This document shows, one piece after another, positions 42,781-57,312 of a stretch of DNA of 64,000 nucleotides. This DNA comes from Octopus sinensis (Eukaryota). Each line of letters begins with the position of its first letter. Position 1 is the stretch's first letter. A model generated the notes under the pieces. It searched no databases. It was not told the DNA's origin and saw only the letters and a program-made list of their open reading frames with translations. The stretch spans positions 4,650,001 to 4,714,000 of the forward strand of contig NC_043003.1 in NCBI RefSeq assembly GCF_006345805.1, in the 5' to 3' direction. Both the position numbers and the translations under genes were made by a program.

Positions 42781-43148
42781 AAGTTCAGCAAGATTTAGAT
42801 TCATATGAATATGGTAATTAAGTCAAAGGCACCAGAATTTGGTATGGTATTATCCATATAAATCAAATTGGGTGATTATAATCAAAATAAGCAAAAAGGA
42901 TATACAAGGTGGAGTAGTACAATTGTTTCATGCTATTCCATTTTATTAAACACTGTAAGTATTACATCAGTTTTAGAATGTCGAGCAATCTTCAGCCGCT
43001 TATAGAATTTTCCAATTAAACGGACAATGAACATTCTTATCCTTATTTCATTTGCCAACATTGCTCGACATTTTAAAACTGATGTAATACTTATAGTATT
43101 CAATAAAATGAAGTAGCATGAAACAATTGTACTACTCTACCTTGTATA
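42781..43148. mobile_element. Rearranged Penelope-like terminal repeat with ~90-bp inverted arms; hammerhead at 42914-42999 (minus)
   Basis: Arms 42900-42989 and 43060-43148; minus strand GCGG-CUGAAGA-UUGCU...AGCAU-GAAA-CAAUUG-UA-CUAC; (TA)n on both sides. Confidence 0.8.
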
Positions 43149-43307
43149 TATATATATATATATATATTATAATGAGGGTACTACTATTAGTAGATACGGA
43201 ATTTACGGATTTACGGATTTTTTCTCTTACGAGATTTTTCACGCTGACTACTGATAATTTCTTTTAAAGATTTTATCCTCAATATATATATATATATATA
43301 TATATAT

Positions 43308-43780
43308 TCAGCTTGAAACAAAAAGAAATTGAATGGAGACTCAGCAGATCCGAAGATTCCCTTTCTTGTGATCTATCAAAAACATACACCAGCCCTGCAT
43401 CACCGAAGCACAAATGCAAGAAACCAAACTGACCTCTACCATCTGAAGTAGATTAATGGATAATAAACAATAGATGGGGATGTTAGAGGGAAAATTCAAG
43501 CAATTACGCCTCGGTTCCACTATTACCTTTACTCACATCGACAAGAGATCAGACCACAGCCTTTTTCAGTACATATGGAGGCTGATGGAAAGCAACGTCG
43601 ACTATGAAATACAGCGGAAAACATTAGGCGTAGTAAGCCATTCATAAACGTGCAAGAAATTGATGTGTATGTTCCGAGATGAATATTAGGCTGAACATCA
43701 AAGCTTCAATAATATATTTGATTACAAAATCAGAAACCTTTTGCAGGAGTCGACAATACAAAAAATATTTCTATTGAAAT
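43308..43780 (+). pseudogene. Decayed Penelope-like GIY-YIG endonuclease C-terminal region
   Basis: Frame from 43462: NKQ*MGMLEGKFKQ...TFTHIDKRSDHSLFQYIWRLMESNVDYEIQRKTL, then LITKSETFCRSRQYKKYF; resembles the PLE pattern YIG-T---FK-R...LS-YIW-LK...LNKRSE---CRH. Confidence 0.7.
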
Positions 43781-44794
43781 TTTGGAAACCTCTTTTAGAA
43801 TCATCAGGTGCCTGTAGTAAGAAAAAGCCAATGTTCCGACCGGGAAACTTGAAAGTGTACCACATTTACTGTTAGAATATTTGTATCGACTTTCATAACT
43901 AACACGCTGATATGCACTGACCCATATCGCCTAGGATATGCTTGAATGAATACTTTGTGAGCCCTACTTCTTCTATTCACCTCACATATGTTCTGTGAAA
44001 GTAGGAAACTTATGTTTTTCTATTTGTAGATAATATTGAAGAATAGCTTAACTCAGAAATTTATCACCCTGTAATCACGAGCTTAGAACTACGTCTCCAT
44101 CTCTTAAATACGTTTTGCATAAAAAAGAAGCAAAGTCTTCCAAAATTACGGCCTAAAATATTACACATACATATTTGACTGTCAGATAAGCCTTTCATCT
44201 ATCATGATTAGCTTTCAGAGATCTGTAACCATTTCCTGAAACTCTTAGAGATTGCATACATACATATACACGTATACACACTGATATACGGGTGTACACG
44301 CAGGGGTACTTACATCCCCACACGCACTCACACACAACACAAACACAAATACATATTTACTACGCTAATGCTTGGCCCCTGCTTTGGCTTATCACCTCCT
44401 TAGCTGCGTTTCTGTTTTTAACGCAGTAGTACCAGCGATTTGAATGGTACTGTCCCGGTGTCGAAACTATAATGATATTCGGTAGGCAGCTGAAGATGAG
44501 ATACATTTGATGTACTGGTTTATTTTCGAAAGTTGTTGACTGTAAACCTTTTGATCTTGCATTCTCGTGACTCTAATTTGTCTTCCATTAAGATTCTACT
44601 TCTTGAAATCTTAGACTTATTTAAAGGGTCTTAATGATTTAGTTTAGGATAGTGGTTTGTGGCAGATATTATACCATACATTGATAGTGCAGGACTGCCC
44701 TTTAAATCCGATAACGGATACACTTGTTTAGGAGTTTAGTTAATGGAAGATCATTTGGTATTTAAATATATGTGTGTGTGTGTGGTGGGGATGA

Positions 44795-45096
44795 AGGTGC
44801 GTGACTTACTGGTTAGGGTATTCAGCTTACTGTCGTAAGGTCACGAGTTCGAGTCCAGGCGGTGCATTGTGTTTTGAGCAAGACATTTTAGTTTACGTTA
44901 CTCCAGTCCACACATCTGGCAAAACTGAGTTGTACCAGCAATTCGAAAGGGGCCAGCCTTGTCACATTCTGTGTCACGCTGAGACTAGCTGAGAACTACG
45001 TTAAGGGTGCGCGTGTCTGTGGAGTACTCGGCCACTTGCATGTTAATCTCAAGAACGGGTCAACTAAAGCACTCGTTGTCGTAACAGCCGGAGTGC
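44795..45096 (+). mobile_element. SINE family C
   Basis: Homologous to 20031-20355. Confidence 0.8.
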
Positions 45097-45160
45097 TAAT
45101 GTGTGCGCGTGTGTATGAGTGTATGTGCGCGTGTGTATGAGTGTATGTGTGCGTGTGTAT

Positions 45161-45200
<40 letters not shown>

Positions 45201-45246
45201 GCACACAATTTGAAACTGAAGTGAAAATGAGTGACAAAATACCATA

Positions 45247-45657
45247 GTCGCAGGAGTGGCTGTGTGGTAAGTAGCTTGCTTACCAGCCATGGTTCCGGGT
45301 TCAGTCCCACTGCGTGGCAACTTGGACAAGTGTCTTCTGCTATAGCCCCGGGCCGACCAATTCCTTGTGAGTGGATTTGGTAGACGGAAACTGAAAGAAG
45401 CCTGTCGTATATATGTATATATATATGTGTGTGTATATGTTTGTGTTTCTGTGTTTGTCCCCCTAGCATTGCTTGACAACCGATGCTGGTGTGTTTACGT
45501 CCCCGTCACTTAGCGGTTCGGCAAAAGAGACCGATAGAATAAGTACTGGGCTTACAAAGAATAAGTCCCGGGGTCGATTTGCTCGACTAAAGGCGGTGCT
45601 CCAGCATGGCCGCAGTCAAATGACTGAAACAAATAAATGAGTAAAGAGTAAAGAGAG
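45247..45657 (+). mobile_element. Family-A SINE, low divergence
   Basis: Near-identical to 10113-10520. Confidence 0.92.
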
Positions 45658-46229
45658 TCGAATACATTTGCGTCAACACTAAACAAAAACAAAATTCTCT
45701 TGCAAATAGCGAATGCTTTACTCTAAACATTCAGTAATTTGTTGTCTCCAAGACAAACTAGAAGTCAGAATTTAGCAGTTCTTAGCTAAATCGCCAAAAC
45801 CACAGTTCTTGCGAGGATATTATACTCGCTTTATTTCCATTCCTTTTATGCTTGTTTGCACTCTATTTGGTACATCTCTTTGTCTTTGGGCTTTTTTTTT
45901 TCTCTTTATCTATTTAAAACTTTGAATCTCTCGCATTTGGAGGAAATAAAAAGGAACAAAGAACAATGAAGAAAAAGAAGACAACGACGATGGCGATAAT
46001 AATGGCGATGATGGTGATATATGGAACCACAGAAACAGATGAAAGAACTATTAGGAAGAATTAACAAAACAATAAACACAAAATGTAGAAAAAAAATCAA
46101 AAAAATCCAAGACTAAACGGTTAAATGTCAAAATAAAAAAAATAAGAACGAAATAAAACTCAAAAGAGGTGCATGAATGTATGTATGAAGAATTAAATGT
46201 GAGTCTATGTGTGTGTATAAAGATAATAT

Positions 46230-46280
<51 letters not shown>

Positions 46281-46425
46281 ATATATAATATACATATATA
46301 GATCTGTATGCGTTAGTATGTGAGTGAATGCGTGCGTGCGTGCGTGTGCGTGTGTGTATGTACATATATATATATATATAAGGATACATACATATATATA
46401 TACACACGCACATTGATATATGTAA

Positions 46426-46490
<65 letters not shown>

Positions 46491-46499
46491 TATATATAT

Positions 46500-46537
<38 letters not shown>

Positions 46538-47749
46538 TAGATAGATAGATAGATAGATAGATAGATCTGTATGTGTACGTGAGTAAATGCGTGCTTGCGT
46601 GTGTATGTGTGTGTATAATCTTAAGAAAGAGAGTCATTGATGCTAAAAGGACGGAGAAAAAACGTTATAGACAAGATGAGGACGCGATGGAGGTTGCGGG
46701 ATGCGGCGGATTTATATGGTTCTTCGCTACAATGTAATGGCGGCATCATTGATACAAACATTTCGCTGAGAATATTACTGTCGTTAGATGCACTTATACC
46801 TACGTCTATGTATGTATGTAGTATGTATGTGTGTGTGTGTGTGTGTATGAGGGAGGAAGAAGAGAGATATGGCGTGGAAGGAAAAAAGACGACAATCCCC
46901 ATAATGTGTGTATTGGAATCTTTTCTTCCATAATATAAAAACATTTACAACGTTGCAAGAATTACATGTCTCTCGAAACAACAACAAAGGCACTAATGAC
47001 AATAATAATAATAATAATAATAATAATAATCACAAGAAGAATGAGAATAATAATAAGAAGAACAACAACAGTAGCATGAACCAAAATGATCAGCACTACA
47101 GACAAAAATAACAACATGACGAACATAGTGAAAAGATCAGATTTTTGTCAAATAAGAAGCATGTAAACTATAAAAGACAGGTAAGGGAAATAGAGAATGC
47201 AATAAAGGTAGAAAAAAAATGGAATAAAAAGTGTACAAAATATAAAATAAGACGGTTAGAAATTTGAAGAATTTAAAATGAGAATCTTTTTTAGCAAAAA
47301 AAAAATATATAAGGCAAGAACGTTTAGCAGTTATTTTGTAAAAAATGTATTTCACCTGTCAATATGCCTATAATATTATACAATATAGTATAATACGCGT
47401 GTGTGTGTGTGTGTATCGGTGGTGCATTAGCTCAATTGTTAGAGTGCAGGATAGAATTGGATCATACAACGGAATGATATTGGCACCGATTCTCCGTGCT
47501 ATTATTCATATTTACGTCAGTGTTTCAAATCCTAGTGAGGTAAACTTGTTCCTTCACTCTTTCGGGGCCGATAAAAAAATGTTATCACCAACCTGAGGCG
47601 CAGTAAATTATCGGAATTAATAAAGGAAAAAAATTGATTGTCGTGCTTAGTGTGATCCGACTCATTACATTTTGAGTTCGAATCTAACCCGAACTGAAAA
47701 AAAAAAAACGACCAATCACATACAGCTAGCTGGCATTCAATTGGCGTAT

Positions 47750-47985
47750 CAAGTTTTGATTGGGTTTTGGATAGAAAATTCACAAAAAAGTCACTTCTAT
47801 TGATTTTTAATAGCTTTGCGGGGTGACTGGGGAAATGTGAAGATGTGTACGACAACCCTTGGACGGTTTTGAATGACCATAGAAAGTGCGAGCCCTCTAA
47901 CTGAAAAATTGTGGATTTGTATAAAGGACACGCGCACACACACACACACACAGACAGACATTTTGCTGTTTATATATAGAGAGAT
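47750..47985 (-). mobile_element. Probable non-autonomous Helitron 5' portion
   Basis: Minus strand starts ATCTCTCTATATATAAAC followed by tgtctgtc(tg)n. Confidence 0.5.
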
Positions 47986-48299
47986 ACATATAGGTATATA
48001 CTTATATATGAAAACACACACAGCGTCTCGTACACACAAGCACATGTATCTTCCATTCGATCCAAGGAAGCTGTTTCCATTGTGTTTTAGAATTGCTAAC
48101 ACCATGTCTATGTGTGTGTGTGTGTGTATGTGTGTTAGTGTGTGTGTATTTGTGTGTGTGTGTGTGTGTGTGTGTGTGAGTGTGCGCGCGCGTCTGTAGT
48201 ATGTGTGTGTGCGTGTGCGTCTGTGTGTGTTTGTGTGTTCACGTGTATGTTATGAAAAGGTCACCACGATCATATGTCTGAGTGCTCTGATAGCACAAT

Positions 48300-48640
48300 C
48301 AGGGAGATAGCACCCAAGAAATAAGGGCACAACTGAGGGCCGCAAGATCAGCCTCAAAATAATTCAATATAATCGGGAAAGACAAAAGTCTTAACAAGAA
48401 CATCAGGCTAAAATCTCGTGAAGGCCCTAGTTTGCTCTGTTGCACTGAGTGGATGCGAAAGTGGGACCCTAAGAACAAAAGATACGGCAAAATTCAAAGC
48501 ATTTACAACACCAGGCTAGGGAAGAGTAGTGAGGATCAACTGGATTGATCATTGAACTAATGAGTCTCTACTTTGCGAAATGGAAACAGAAAGAAAATTT
48601 TAGCAACTTTCAGCCAGTATTCTGGGATGTCATCAAGGCC
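48300..48640 (+). mobile_element. RTE/BovB-like LINE RT C-terminal remnant
   Basis: GDSTQEIRAQLRAARSA...KDKSLNKNIRLK/LVKALVCSVALSGCESGTL...RINWIDH*TNES. Confidence 0.8.
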
Positions 48641-48677
48641 CAGACCTCAGCAGCTAAAATAATATGATATATATATA

Positions 48678-48710
<33 letters not shown>

Positions 48711-49954
48711 AATATCTTATATATATATATATATGTACATGTTTGTGTGTATAATTATGTGTGTATGTGTACATGTGTGTGTACGTATATATAAGAAAAA
48801 ACATTACTGAGATATGTGCAACGAACAATCGGTTTCATTTTCTTTTGAATCTTCAGCAAGAATTACATAAGCTGGAACAAAGTTTTTTTCGAAATTTTGT
48901 ATAAAAACACGGCAGTGAGTGTTTGTGACTTTTTTTTTCTTTGAATAGTAAACAACGTGTAAAACACATCGTTTTAAAGAGAAACCACTTTTATAGTATA
49001 GAATGTGAATAAAATCGCTTCCATTCCTTGTTGCCACTTATCTATATTTGTCCGAACTTTGGTAACGCATTTCACTAAAAACCTGGATAACGTGTGAATG
49101 GATGGATGGATAATTGATTGTATATTCACACCGTACGTTTAATATATTTGTAAATCACGTAACAAGAAATCTCAACATAGTTAAATAGAAAAATAATATA
49201 TTTGCTTATAGCAAATAATATAAAAACACTGTCTCGCTTTTATTTTTCTCAGAATCTCTGACAACGAGTAAATGGTGACGGTTGCTGGAAGACAAAATTC
49301 TTCAAATTTTAGAATTAGTCTTTGATAATACAAGATAGGATTCTCACCTATGTATATAAATGTAGGGTGGGTCAAACGTAACGAAGTCTCATTGCATATT
49401 GCGATCTTTGGGTATAATTTTCTACATTTTCATAGTCCGACCACCCAGTGTAACAAATTTTCACCCACGACAATCTTCAGTTAAAGCAAAATAAAATTTG
49501 TGAACTGAGGCAATATTTATTATGTTTTTGAAACAAGATGTCTATAGGAAATGTTATCTCAGCACAAATACTGCAGTAATTGGAATATTGACGAAGTGTA
49601 TGCCTGAAGTATGATGCATACATGGATAATTTGATTAGATGCTGTTCGAATTGCATATACCGGATTTTAATGAACTGGGCGGCTATTCGCAACATCAGTG
49701 ATAGTTTTATTCGCTTTGTCTTATATCGAAGACAGCGACTTCTCATCCACGCGCGTGGCAGGCTGCAAGAATATGTCATTGCAAAAGCCCCAAAAAGCGA
49801 AATACATCTGCTCTCGCTGGTCGCTGCTAGAATAAACTTTTGTTTCTCACTGGTATATATTGTGATTTTGATACAGTACGTCCTTAAGAGATATTACTAC
49901 AAGAGCCGCAGTAATGGGCCTAACATCTCTGTGTGCATATATTAAGTATGATAG

Positions 49955-50238
49955 TGGAGGCGCAATGGGCCAGTGGTTAGGGCAGCGGACTCGCGGTTGT
50001 AGGATCGCGGTTTCGATTCCCAGACCGGGCGTTGTGAGTGTTTATTGAGCGAAAACAGCTAAAGTTCCACGAGGATCCGGCAGGAGGTAGTGGCGGTCCC
50101 TGCTGTACTCTTCCGGGCGGCGAGCTGGCAGAATCGTTTGCGCGCCGGGCGAAATAAAGTACCAGTTTCGTACCGGGGTCGATGTAATCAAATTAATCCC
50201 TTTGTCTGTCCTTGTTTGTCCCCTCTATGTTTAGCTCC
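49955..50238 (+). mobile_element. SINE family D directly followed by an internally deleted family-B SINE
   Basis: D head 49955-50112; ggcggcgagctggcaga from ~50116 to gtaaagaaata. Confidence 0.8.
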
Positions 50239-51944
50239 TTGTGGGTAGTAAAGAAATATATATTAAGTATGGTACACAGATAGCTAACTACTAATTAATT
50301 GCTTTTCAGCGAAAAATCCTATGAAATCCTGAAATCCCGTAGAAAACTAGTTTTCCACCAAGAAGCAAATTTACAACATAACCCAGAAATATCAATAACC
50401 AAGAAGATTTAAGTGATTGATTCTTGCAAGTGGTTACGCAGCTCGCTTCGAAACCAGGTGGTCTAGGATCGATCCTCAGTAAATGAAATTAATACGTAGA
50501 GTTGTAGCTATGCTCGTGTGTAAGTGAATATATAAGCCCGTACGATGCTATACATACATACATATATATACATATACATACACACACACACATATATATA
50601 TGTGTGTGTGTATGAATGCATAAAAGTGAGTATATACATATTTGAGTGTAGATATATGCATGTAGGTATGTATGTATGTGGGAGTATGTGTGTGTGTATG
50701 CATGTGTATATGCAGGTATGTTGGCTTGCATGTGTGTCTATCTATGTGCATCTTTGTGTATGTAAGTGTTTGTATAATTATATTGACGTCGAGATTCATT
50801 GATGTTGTACGTGTGTGTGGGCATGCTGTTGTGTATGTCGTTGTGCGCATGTACGGTTTCGCGCCGGAAGCAAGTTAGAGAGAACGAGTGAATGAGTGTG
50901 CTATCTAAGGAAGATTAAATAAGATTGAATTGATTTTGCAGTGGATTAAAGACTTCAGAAGTTGGTGCGATATTCGCGAGGAGAAGGATGAGTGAGAGAC
51001 GTTAAAAGGAGCAGAGAGAGAGAGAGGGAGGGAGAGAGTGGGAGGGAGATAGAGCAAAAGAGAATGACTGCTAACGTTATTTCAAGAGGGAACGTGTGAT
51101 ACGAACATCCATCCTCCCACCCACATTTCTCACTCCGTTCCTCCGCCTCTCTTGATGTATATGTGCGTGTGCGCGCGTGTGTGTGTGTGTGTGCGTGTGA
51201 CTGTATCTTTGTGTATATGTATGTGTGTATATTCTTACATGTACACAGACATAAACGCATACACATGTATGTACGCACACGCATACACTCACATACGTAC
51301 GTACGTATATATGCATGTAAGCATAAAATATACACACATGTAGAAGATTTGAAGGGAATATTTTTCCGTGTGAGCCCTTAGCAGAGTGCTCCATATTGAT
51401 TAAATTCGAGTCCTACGCCTTGATATGGTAACATATAAGACAGGTCTATCCATAACTCATAAGATAGCGTGTTCATAAAAGATGGTATTCATGGATGTAT
51501 ACCGTGGTAAATTTTTTTTTTCTGTGATAAATCTACATTAAGTATGATACATAGCTGGTTATTATAATCTACTACCGCTTCGGTTGCATATAAATAGTTT
51601 TTATTCAGCCGCGCGGCTATTAGCAACGTCACTAAAAGGTCACTTACAGTTTTCCTATACCCATTGCTAGCCGTGTGTATGTACAACTGACAACGCCCAA
51701 TGAAGCTGAAATGCGCATCTAACATTCCCATCAGCGACTGCAAGGACGACTTTAGTCTGACTACGATATATATTGTGTTTCTAATCATACCACTTCCATA
51801 AAAGATATTATCACACTCGAATACCGCAGTAAATTACTTTCCGCGGTGTATTCCATTAAATACGGTACACAGTTGTCTCTCTCTAGCTTTCTTTTTTCTC
51901 TTTCTTTCTCTCTCTGTCACTCTCTCTTTATCCCAATCTCACTC

Positions 51945-51989
<45 letters not shown>

Positions 51990-52211
51990 GTACAATGGAC
52001 AAAACGTGCAGGATGGAGAGTCGTTGAAGAGGCCACAGGAAGTGTGACGAAAGATTTTCAAACAAAGACCATAAAATATGAACAATAATAAATCTGAAGT
52101 GAAGAACGAATATGTAGTGTGTGTGTTTATTTGGCAAAAAAATGTCCATCCCAAAAGACAACAATATATATATATATATATATGATATATAATATATATA
52201 TATATATATAT

Positions 52212-52410
52212 AGGAGAATTCACAAAAAAAAAAAAAACAGAAGTCGAAGACAGGTGGTGTCGACAGCAAACAGATATATTCGTTTAACGCTCGGGAAGTG
52301 AAAATGTTTTTAACGTTTCGAGCCTACGCTCTTCCACAGAAAGGAGCACAGAAAGAAACAAGGAGAGAAAATAAAGAATGTGTAGTGGCTAGCGATTTAT
52401 CACGGCGAAT
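52212..52410 (-). mobile_element. Penelope-like short repeat with variant minimal hammerhead (52307-52343); duplicate at ~53965-54160
   Basis: Minus strand CUUU-CUGUGGA-A-GAGC-GUAG-GCUC-GAAA-CG-UU-AAAA; abuts (TA)n. Confidence 0.7.
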
Positions 52411-53913
52411 GTTTGCTTGTATGCATGTATGTATATACACAAGTAGTTGTATAAAGAAAAGACAGTTTGAAAACGTATTTGATTTCGGCAATTACTTAAC
52501 TGGTTTCACAATTTCGTTACATTCAACATTAATGTAAACTGAAAGGACGTGGAGTTATGACGTCATTGTCCCCTAATTTGATATATTTCTAAAGGCCGAA
52601 TGTTTACATGAAAAAAAAGTTATATGCTTCACACTCCCCGACGTCAGTGCAATACAGGACGACTTGTATTAGGAAGAAAGCTTATATATCAGTAACGACA
52701 AATCAGTAAAGCAATATTATAAGATATTTGGTGATCAAGAAAAAAAGGGGTGGGGCACCATCAAGAGACAATTTTAGATATGGCCTCAGCATTTAGAAAT
52801 GTAATGAAGTATATTCTATATTTAATATAAATATCATATTATTCGACACCATAGATCAATTGTAAACTGTAGAAAGGAACTTATTTCTAATTGCCGACAT
52901 AGGACAAAATTAATTCCGAGAAACTTCGAAATAGAATATCTTCATGCTTGATGCGATCAAAAACACAGCAATTATTCGAAAACTTCACTTTTGTGTTTGG
53001 CTTGCAAAACTGACGTGTAAAATGCAAATATGTAAGTTGCATACCGGACGGGTCATTCTGCCAGAAATAATCACTTGCACTGATTCGATTTCACTTCTTT
53101 ACTATTAGTCAACAGCTTCACTTTTCAATGAGTTAACGAATGCATTGTTTGATTAATCATTCGGTCAGTCAATCAATCAGATTTGTAAAGGTCCTTTTGT
53201 TACTATTTGTGCCCATAAATGGCATTCCCTCTCTAACCAGGTCTGCCTCGGGTCAGTCTCCAGTGAAAATTAAACCCCATCGTAATTTTTTGGATGAGAT
53301 TCCTTTGGATTCTGATTCCATTACGTATAGAGTTTACATTCTTATAATTAACCGTGCAACACCGTGTTTGTTATTTTCTTGACGAAGACAGAAAGTTTTA
53401 ATCTTTGAGCAACAACCTCCTGCTCTGAGAACCATTAAACACACGATTCATAGTTAAATATTGCTTGAATAAAGAGATCAACGAGACTTGTCTTAATTAA
53501 TACGAGTGAGTTCCCTTGGTCTAATTTATACGAGAGATGTATAAGAGAAGGCAGGAGTTTAAAACGAGGCTATTAATAACGCATGAAGGAAAGCTTTCCC
53601 TTGTATTGTTGTAATAACAATTGTTTATTACGAACGTTATTTCTGGATGGGGAACTGGCGATTCGAAGAGGTTTTGTGGAAGGAGACGGGAAGGATCCTC
53701 TAGCATTGGTCTGGTGGAAAACAATTCAACTAGTCATATTCTATTTCATTGTCTGGTGTACTTCTGCTTTCATTCATTAACAAAAAACCACTCGCGAGCG
53801 AACGTGTCTGTCTGTCTGTCTGTCTGTCTGTCTTGTCTCTCTCTCTCTCTCTTCTCTCTATATATATATTAATAATATATATATATATGTATAATTATTA
53901 TTATAATATAATA

Positions 53914-53954
<41 letters not shown>

Positions 53955-55553
53955 TATATATATAAGGAGATTCACAAAAAAAAAAAAAACAGAAGTCGAA
54001 GACAGGTGGTGTCGACAGCAAACAGATATATTCGTTTAACCGCTCGGAAGTGAAAATGTTTTAACGTTCGAGCCTACGCTCTTCCACATAAAGGAGCACA
54101 GAAAGAAACAAGAGAGAAAATAAAGAATGTGTAGTGGCTAGCGATTTATCACGGCGAATGTTTGCTTGTATGCATGTATGTATATACACAAGTAGTTGTA
54201 TAAAGAAAAGACAGTTTGAAAACGATTATTGATTTCGGCATTACTTAACTGGTTTCACACATTTCGTTACATTCAACATTAATGTAAACTGAAAGGACGT
54301 GGAGTTATGACGTCATTGTCCCCTAATTTGATATATTTCTAAGGCCGAATGTTTACATGAAAAAAAAGTTATATGCTTCACACTCCCCGACGTCAGTGCA
54401 ATACAGGACGACTTGTATTAGAAGAAAGCTTATATATCAGTAACGCACAAATCAGTAAAGCAATATATAAGATATTTGGTGATCAAGAAAAAGGGGTGGG
54501 GCACCATCAAGAGACATTTTTAGATATGGCCTCATCTTTAGAAATGTAATGAAGTATTTCTATATTTAATATAAATATCATATTATTCGACACCATAGAT
54601 CAATTGTAAACTGTAGAAAGGAACTTATTTCTAATTGCCGACATAGGACAAAATTAATTCCGAGAAACTTCGAAATAGAATATCTTCATGCTTGATGCGA
54701 TCAAAAACACAGCAATTATTCGAAAACTTCACTTTTTTGTGTTTGGCTTGCAAAACTGACGGTAAAATGCAATATGTAAGTTGCATACCGGACGGGTCAT
54801 TCTGCCAGAAATAATCACTTGCACGATTCGATTTCACTTCTTTACTATTAGTCAACAGCTTCACTTTTCAATGAGTTAACGAATGCATTGTTTGATTAAT
54901 CATTCGGTCAGTCAATCAATCAGATTTGTAAAGGTCCTTTTGTTACTATTTGTGACCCCATAAATGGCATTCCCTCTCTAAACCAGGTCTGCCTCGGGTC
55001 AGTCTCCAGTGAAAATTAAACCCTCATCAGTAATTTTTTGGATTAGATCCTTTGGAATTCTGATTCCATTACGTATAGAGTTTACATTCTTATAATTAAC
55101 CGTGCAACACCGTGTTTGTTATTTTCTTGACGAAGACAGAAAGTTTTAATTCTTTGAGCAACACCTCCTGCTCTGAGACCATTAAACACACGATTCATAG
55201 TTAAATATTGCTTGATATAAGAGATCAAAACGAGACTTGTCTTAATTAATACGAGTGAGTTCCCTTGGTCTAATTTATACGGAGATGTATAATGAGAAGG
55301 CAGGAGTTTAAAACGAGGCTATTAATAACGCATGAAAGGAAAGCTTTCCCTTGTTATTGTTGTAATAACAATTGTTTATTACGAACGTTATTTCTGGATG
55401 GGGAACTGGCGATTCGAAGAGGTTTTGTGGAAGGAGACGGGAAGGATCCTCTAGCATTGGTCTGGTGGAAAACAATTCAACTAGTCATATTCTATTTCAT
55501 TGTCTGGTGTACTTCTGCTTTCATTCATTAACAAAAAACACTCGCGAGCGAAC

Positions 55554-55615
<62 letters not shown>
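52212..55615. repeat. Tandem duplication, ~1.75-kb period
   Basis: 52212-53860 vs 53965-55615 nearly identical with many 1-bp indels; boundaries in (TA)n. Confidence 0.95.
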
Positions 55616-55624
<9 letters not shown>

Positions 55625-55641
55625 TATAATATATATGTGTA

Positions 55642-55683
<42 letters not shown>

Positions 55684-55744
55684 AATTATATATAATAAGA
55701 TATATAATATATATAGTATAGAGAGAGAGAGAGAGAGAGAGAGA

Positions 55745-55878
55745 TGGAAGACATCTATAAATGGCTGAAGATTGCTCAACATTTTAAAACTGATTTAATA
55801 CTTACAATGTTAATAAAATGAAGTAGAATGGAACGATCGTAGCAAATTACCGAAGATATACTTGTTGCTCATTTTGAT
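55745..55878 (+). mobile_element. Diverged long-stem-II Penelope-like repeat with degenerate hammerhead
   Basis: AUGG-CUGAAGA-UUGCU...GGAA-CGAUCG-UA; ends cattttga before (TA)n. Confidence 0.65.
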
Positions 55879-55938
<60 letters not shown>

Positions 55939-56270
55939 CTTGATGTAGTTTTAAAAGCTTAAGAAAATGGCAAAATAAATAAATATTTCGTCCAGCAAAC
56001 CCTGGGCAGCTGTATTTCACGATGTTTATGATTTTTATTTTAAGATCTTTACCCTCTCAACTGATCCACTGCTTTTCTATGTGTTGAACACTTGAAATCT
56101 TGCCACGCATATTATTGCTTGTTTTACTAGTATGTATGTATACATACACCATACGTATATATATATATATATATATATGGGTGGGATGTCAGTGTGTGTG
56201 TGTGTGTGTGCGTGCTTATTTAAAGAATAGCAGGCCGAAAATGTCACCTCGTCTTCATGGAAAAGTATTA

Positions 56271-56322
<52 letters not shown>

Positions 56323-56547
56323 TATATATATATGTATTTATGTATATGTATATATATATATGTTTGTATATATATATGTATCTATATGTGTATATATATA
56401 TATATGTCTATATATATCTGTTGTATATATGTATATATATATTGTATATATATGTGTGTATATATATATATATGTATGTATTATGTATATATATATATAT
56501 GTATGTATATATGTATATATATATATGTATATATGTATATATATATG

Positions 56548-56581
<34 letters not shown>

Positions 56582-56647
56582 TGTGTGTATATATATATAT
56601 AGTATGTATATATGTATATATATGTGTATATATATGTATGTATATAA

Positions 56648-56703
<56 letters not shown>

Positions 56704-57177
56704 GTGAGAAAGTTGATATATATATATATATTTAGGGGGAGAGGGATAGAAATAAAGAGAGAAAAGGAAAGATTCTTAGAATGGAGGGGGGGAGGATATC
56801 GCGGTTAGAACGTGTAAGAGGAGAAACAAAGAATCGGAGCGATATTGCAATTGGAAACGGTGGGACGATGTTGACATGCAATATAAGAAGCGAAGTAATC
56901 TGTGAGACATACAAGATATAGAAATACAATGTTTTTATTCTGAGGAATGGATTAAAGGTGATTGCAATGCATTTATAGGAAAAATAAGCATGGCAGATCA
57001 GGTTTTATTAAAGTGAAACATTTCATGTTTTACAGGAAACACATAAAAGTAAAGTTTCATAAATATATGTATATATGTATTTGTGTATATATATATATAT
57101 ATATATATATGTTATATATCTATGTGTATATATATGTATAATATATATATATGTATGTATATTCTATGTGTGTGTAT

Positions 57178-57218
<41 letters not shown>

Positions 57219-57275
57219 ATCTATATTATATATATATATATATATTAAAATAATAAATATTAGGGAATAATATTT

Positions 57276-57312
<37 letters not shown>

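Noticed and set aside
48815-48865. Minus-strand CUGAAGA...GAAA motif
   Set aside because: No stem I complementarity and stem II does not abut GAAA.
49955-50030. tRNA-like sequences (also ~10113, ~17842, 20290-20355, 62475-62545)
   Set aside because: No complete acceptor stem; most continue into multicopy SINE bodies.
55834-55839. Stem III palindrome variation CGATCG, CGATTG, CAATTG as compensatory change
   Set aside because: Equally explained by CpG decay, so not counted as evidence of selection.
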